Shown here in pieces: positions 62,804 through 64,000 of a stretch of DNA of 64,000 nt; the first letter of the stretch is position 1, and each line of letters opens with the position of its first letter. The DNA is from Gekko japonicus (taxonomy: Eukaryota), in assembly GCF_001447785.1 (NCBI RefSeq), contig NW_015174329.1, forward strand, positions 124,001 through 188,000, written 5' to 3'. The translations under genes were made by a program, and so were the position numbers. Below the pieces are notes generated by a model. That model was not told where the DNA came from, searched no databases, and was given only the letters and a program-made list of their open reading frames with translations.

Positions 62804-63746
62804 CTAAAAATACAATTTTTATTGCACGTAAAATCTACAATTCATCAGGATACGCTTTCACAAGAGCATTTAACAGGAAACTTGTGGATTTATTCAATTT
62901 GCCATACCTATTCTGGTATTTCCTGCCACATTCAGAGGTAGACATATTAGCTCTTATCCCATTATCTGTTTTTGACTACAAACATGCACTTCTTTATTTA
63001 TTTACATTTATAAGCCAGCCACCTTTCTCACTGAAACTCAAGGCAGATTACACAACAGGATCAATCAACAGGACAGGACATCCAATAAACAAAGAAATAA
63101 GGTTTGGATTGCAGAAATCAGAAAACAATCAGAAATCTGAAAACAGAGCTGAAACAAAGCATAGGTTTTAACATGACACATTAAGCAATGCAAAACTTAC
63201 ATAGTACCATAATACTTACTTCAACAGACAATGACTTCTGTCATTGGAGGTGCAGTTTTCCAAATCCCCACCTGCACACCTTCCCCTATGCTGTTCATGA
63301 GGGGCATTTGACTTCCAGAAATACAATTTAAGGGGAAAGCCCCATAGGATACAAACCACAGCAACTATACAAAATATTCAATTTAATAAATGTTGTATTC
63401 TACAATATATTTCCAATTTAATAATAAAACAAAGGCTTCAGTTGATGTTTTATGGTAAGATGTATTATTTCTAAATAAGTTTTCCAATGCAGCTAGACAA
63501 GGCACTTTAATCTCGCACCTTACCAAAAGATTGAACTTTGGGACAGCATATTACATATTGTTGTTTCATTCTGCATATCAGAAGGAAAACTTGTCCCCTT
63601 TATGTTCTTTGTCAACTGATATGGTAAATAAACATGATTCTGTGGTTTGTTTCTTTCGAAATGACTAAACATTTTTCCATGCATTTAATGAAATCACCTG
63701 AGAGTTCCTGCCTTGATGTATTGAAGAATCTAAAAAGTTATCTTTG

Positions 63747-64000
63747 GTCCCGGTCACACGGGCAGGAAACTGCGGGGGGGAAGTGTGGCAGTTTGCCCCG
63801 GGGCAAACTAAGGCGCGGTTACCTGATCAGACCTCCCGTGGAGGTACTGTGGAGGTTCCGTGGGAAAGGAGAGGTGCCGATCGCAGAACAATCCCGCGCG
63901 CAAAAACGAAGTGCGCGGTGCGGCAAACTGGAAGGGTTTTTTTTTGTTTCCACCATGATTGCGCATGCTCCGTTGTGTGCTTTTGCGCATCCACAAAGAC
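63747..64000. mobile_element. Probable young non-autonomous DNA transposon running off the window
   Basis: Abrupt switch to CpG-rich sequence starting ggtcccggtcacacg inside an AT-rich intron. Confidence 0.45.

Noticed and set aside
63520-63735. Possible further STIL exon (donor- and acceptor-like motifs)
   Set aside because: Translations do not resemble STIL; the next exon probably lies beyond the window

Overview
Vertebrate genomic DNA from a squamate reptile, probably a gecko (Sauria-type and Squam3-like SINEs). The window covers the STIL-TAL1(SCL) locus with both genes on the minus strand. TAL1 has a complete coding region (3 coding exons, 353 aa), a long 3' UTR, a CpG island and a recognisable GATA promoter 1a. 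The last 7 coding exons of STIL are also present. The ~23 kb between the genes is a dense stack of retroelements: a truncated minus-strand Copia, a near-intact Copia nested in the LTR of a pol-less Gypsy-like element, and a DIRS1-type tyrosine-recombinase retrotransposon. Four observations stand out. (1) The Gypsy-like element's Gag-like ORF is fused in frame to an intronless fragment of the host ATAD2 bromodomain region. (2) The DIRS element has lost its RT/RNase H region and instead carries an unspliced genomic piece containing a carbonic anhydrase 7-type exon. (3) Next to that piece is an LTR-like end followed by a 29-nt copy of the tRNA-iMet 5' half, resembling a captured Copia strong-stop cDNA. 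(4) A five-ETS cluster lies ~3.8 kb upstream of the TAL1 promoter once the LTR block is subtracted. Three assembly gaps and mismatched target-site duplications (TSDs) mean part of the 24.7-27.8 kb arrangement may be misassembled. Homology calls rest on recalled reference sequences, not on database searches.
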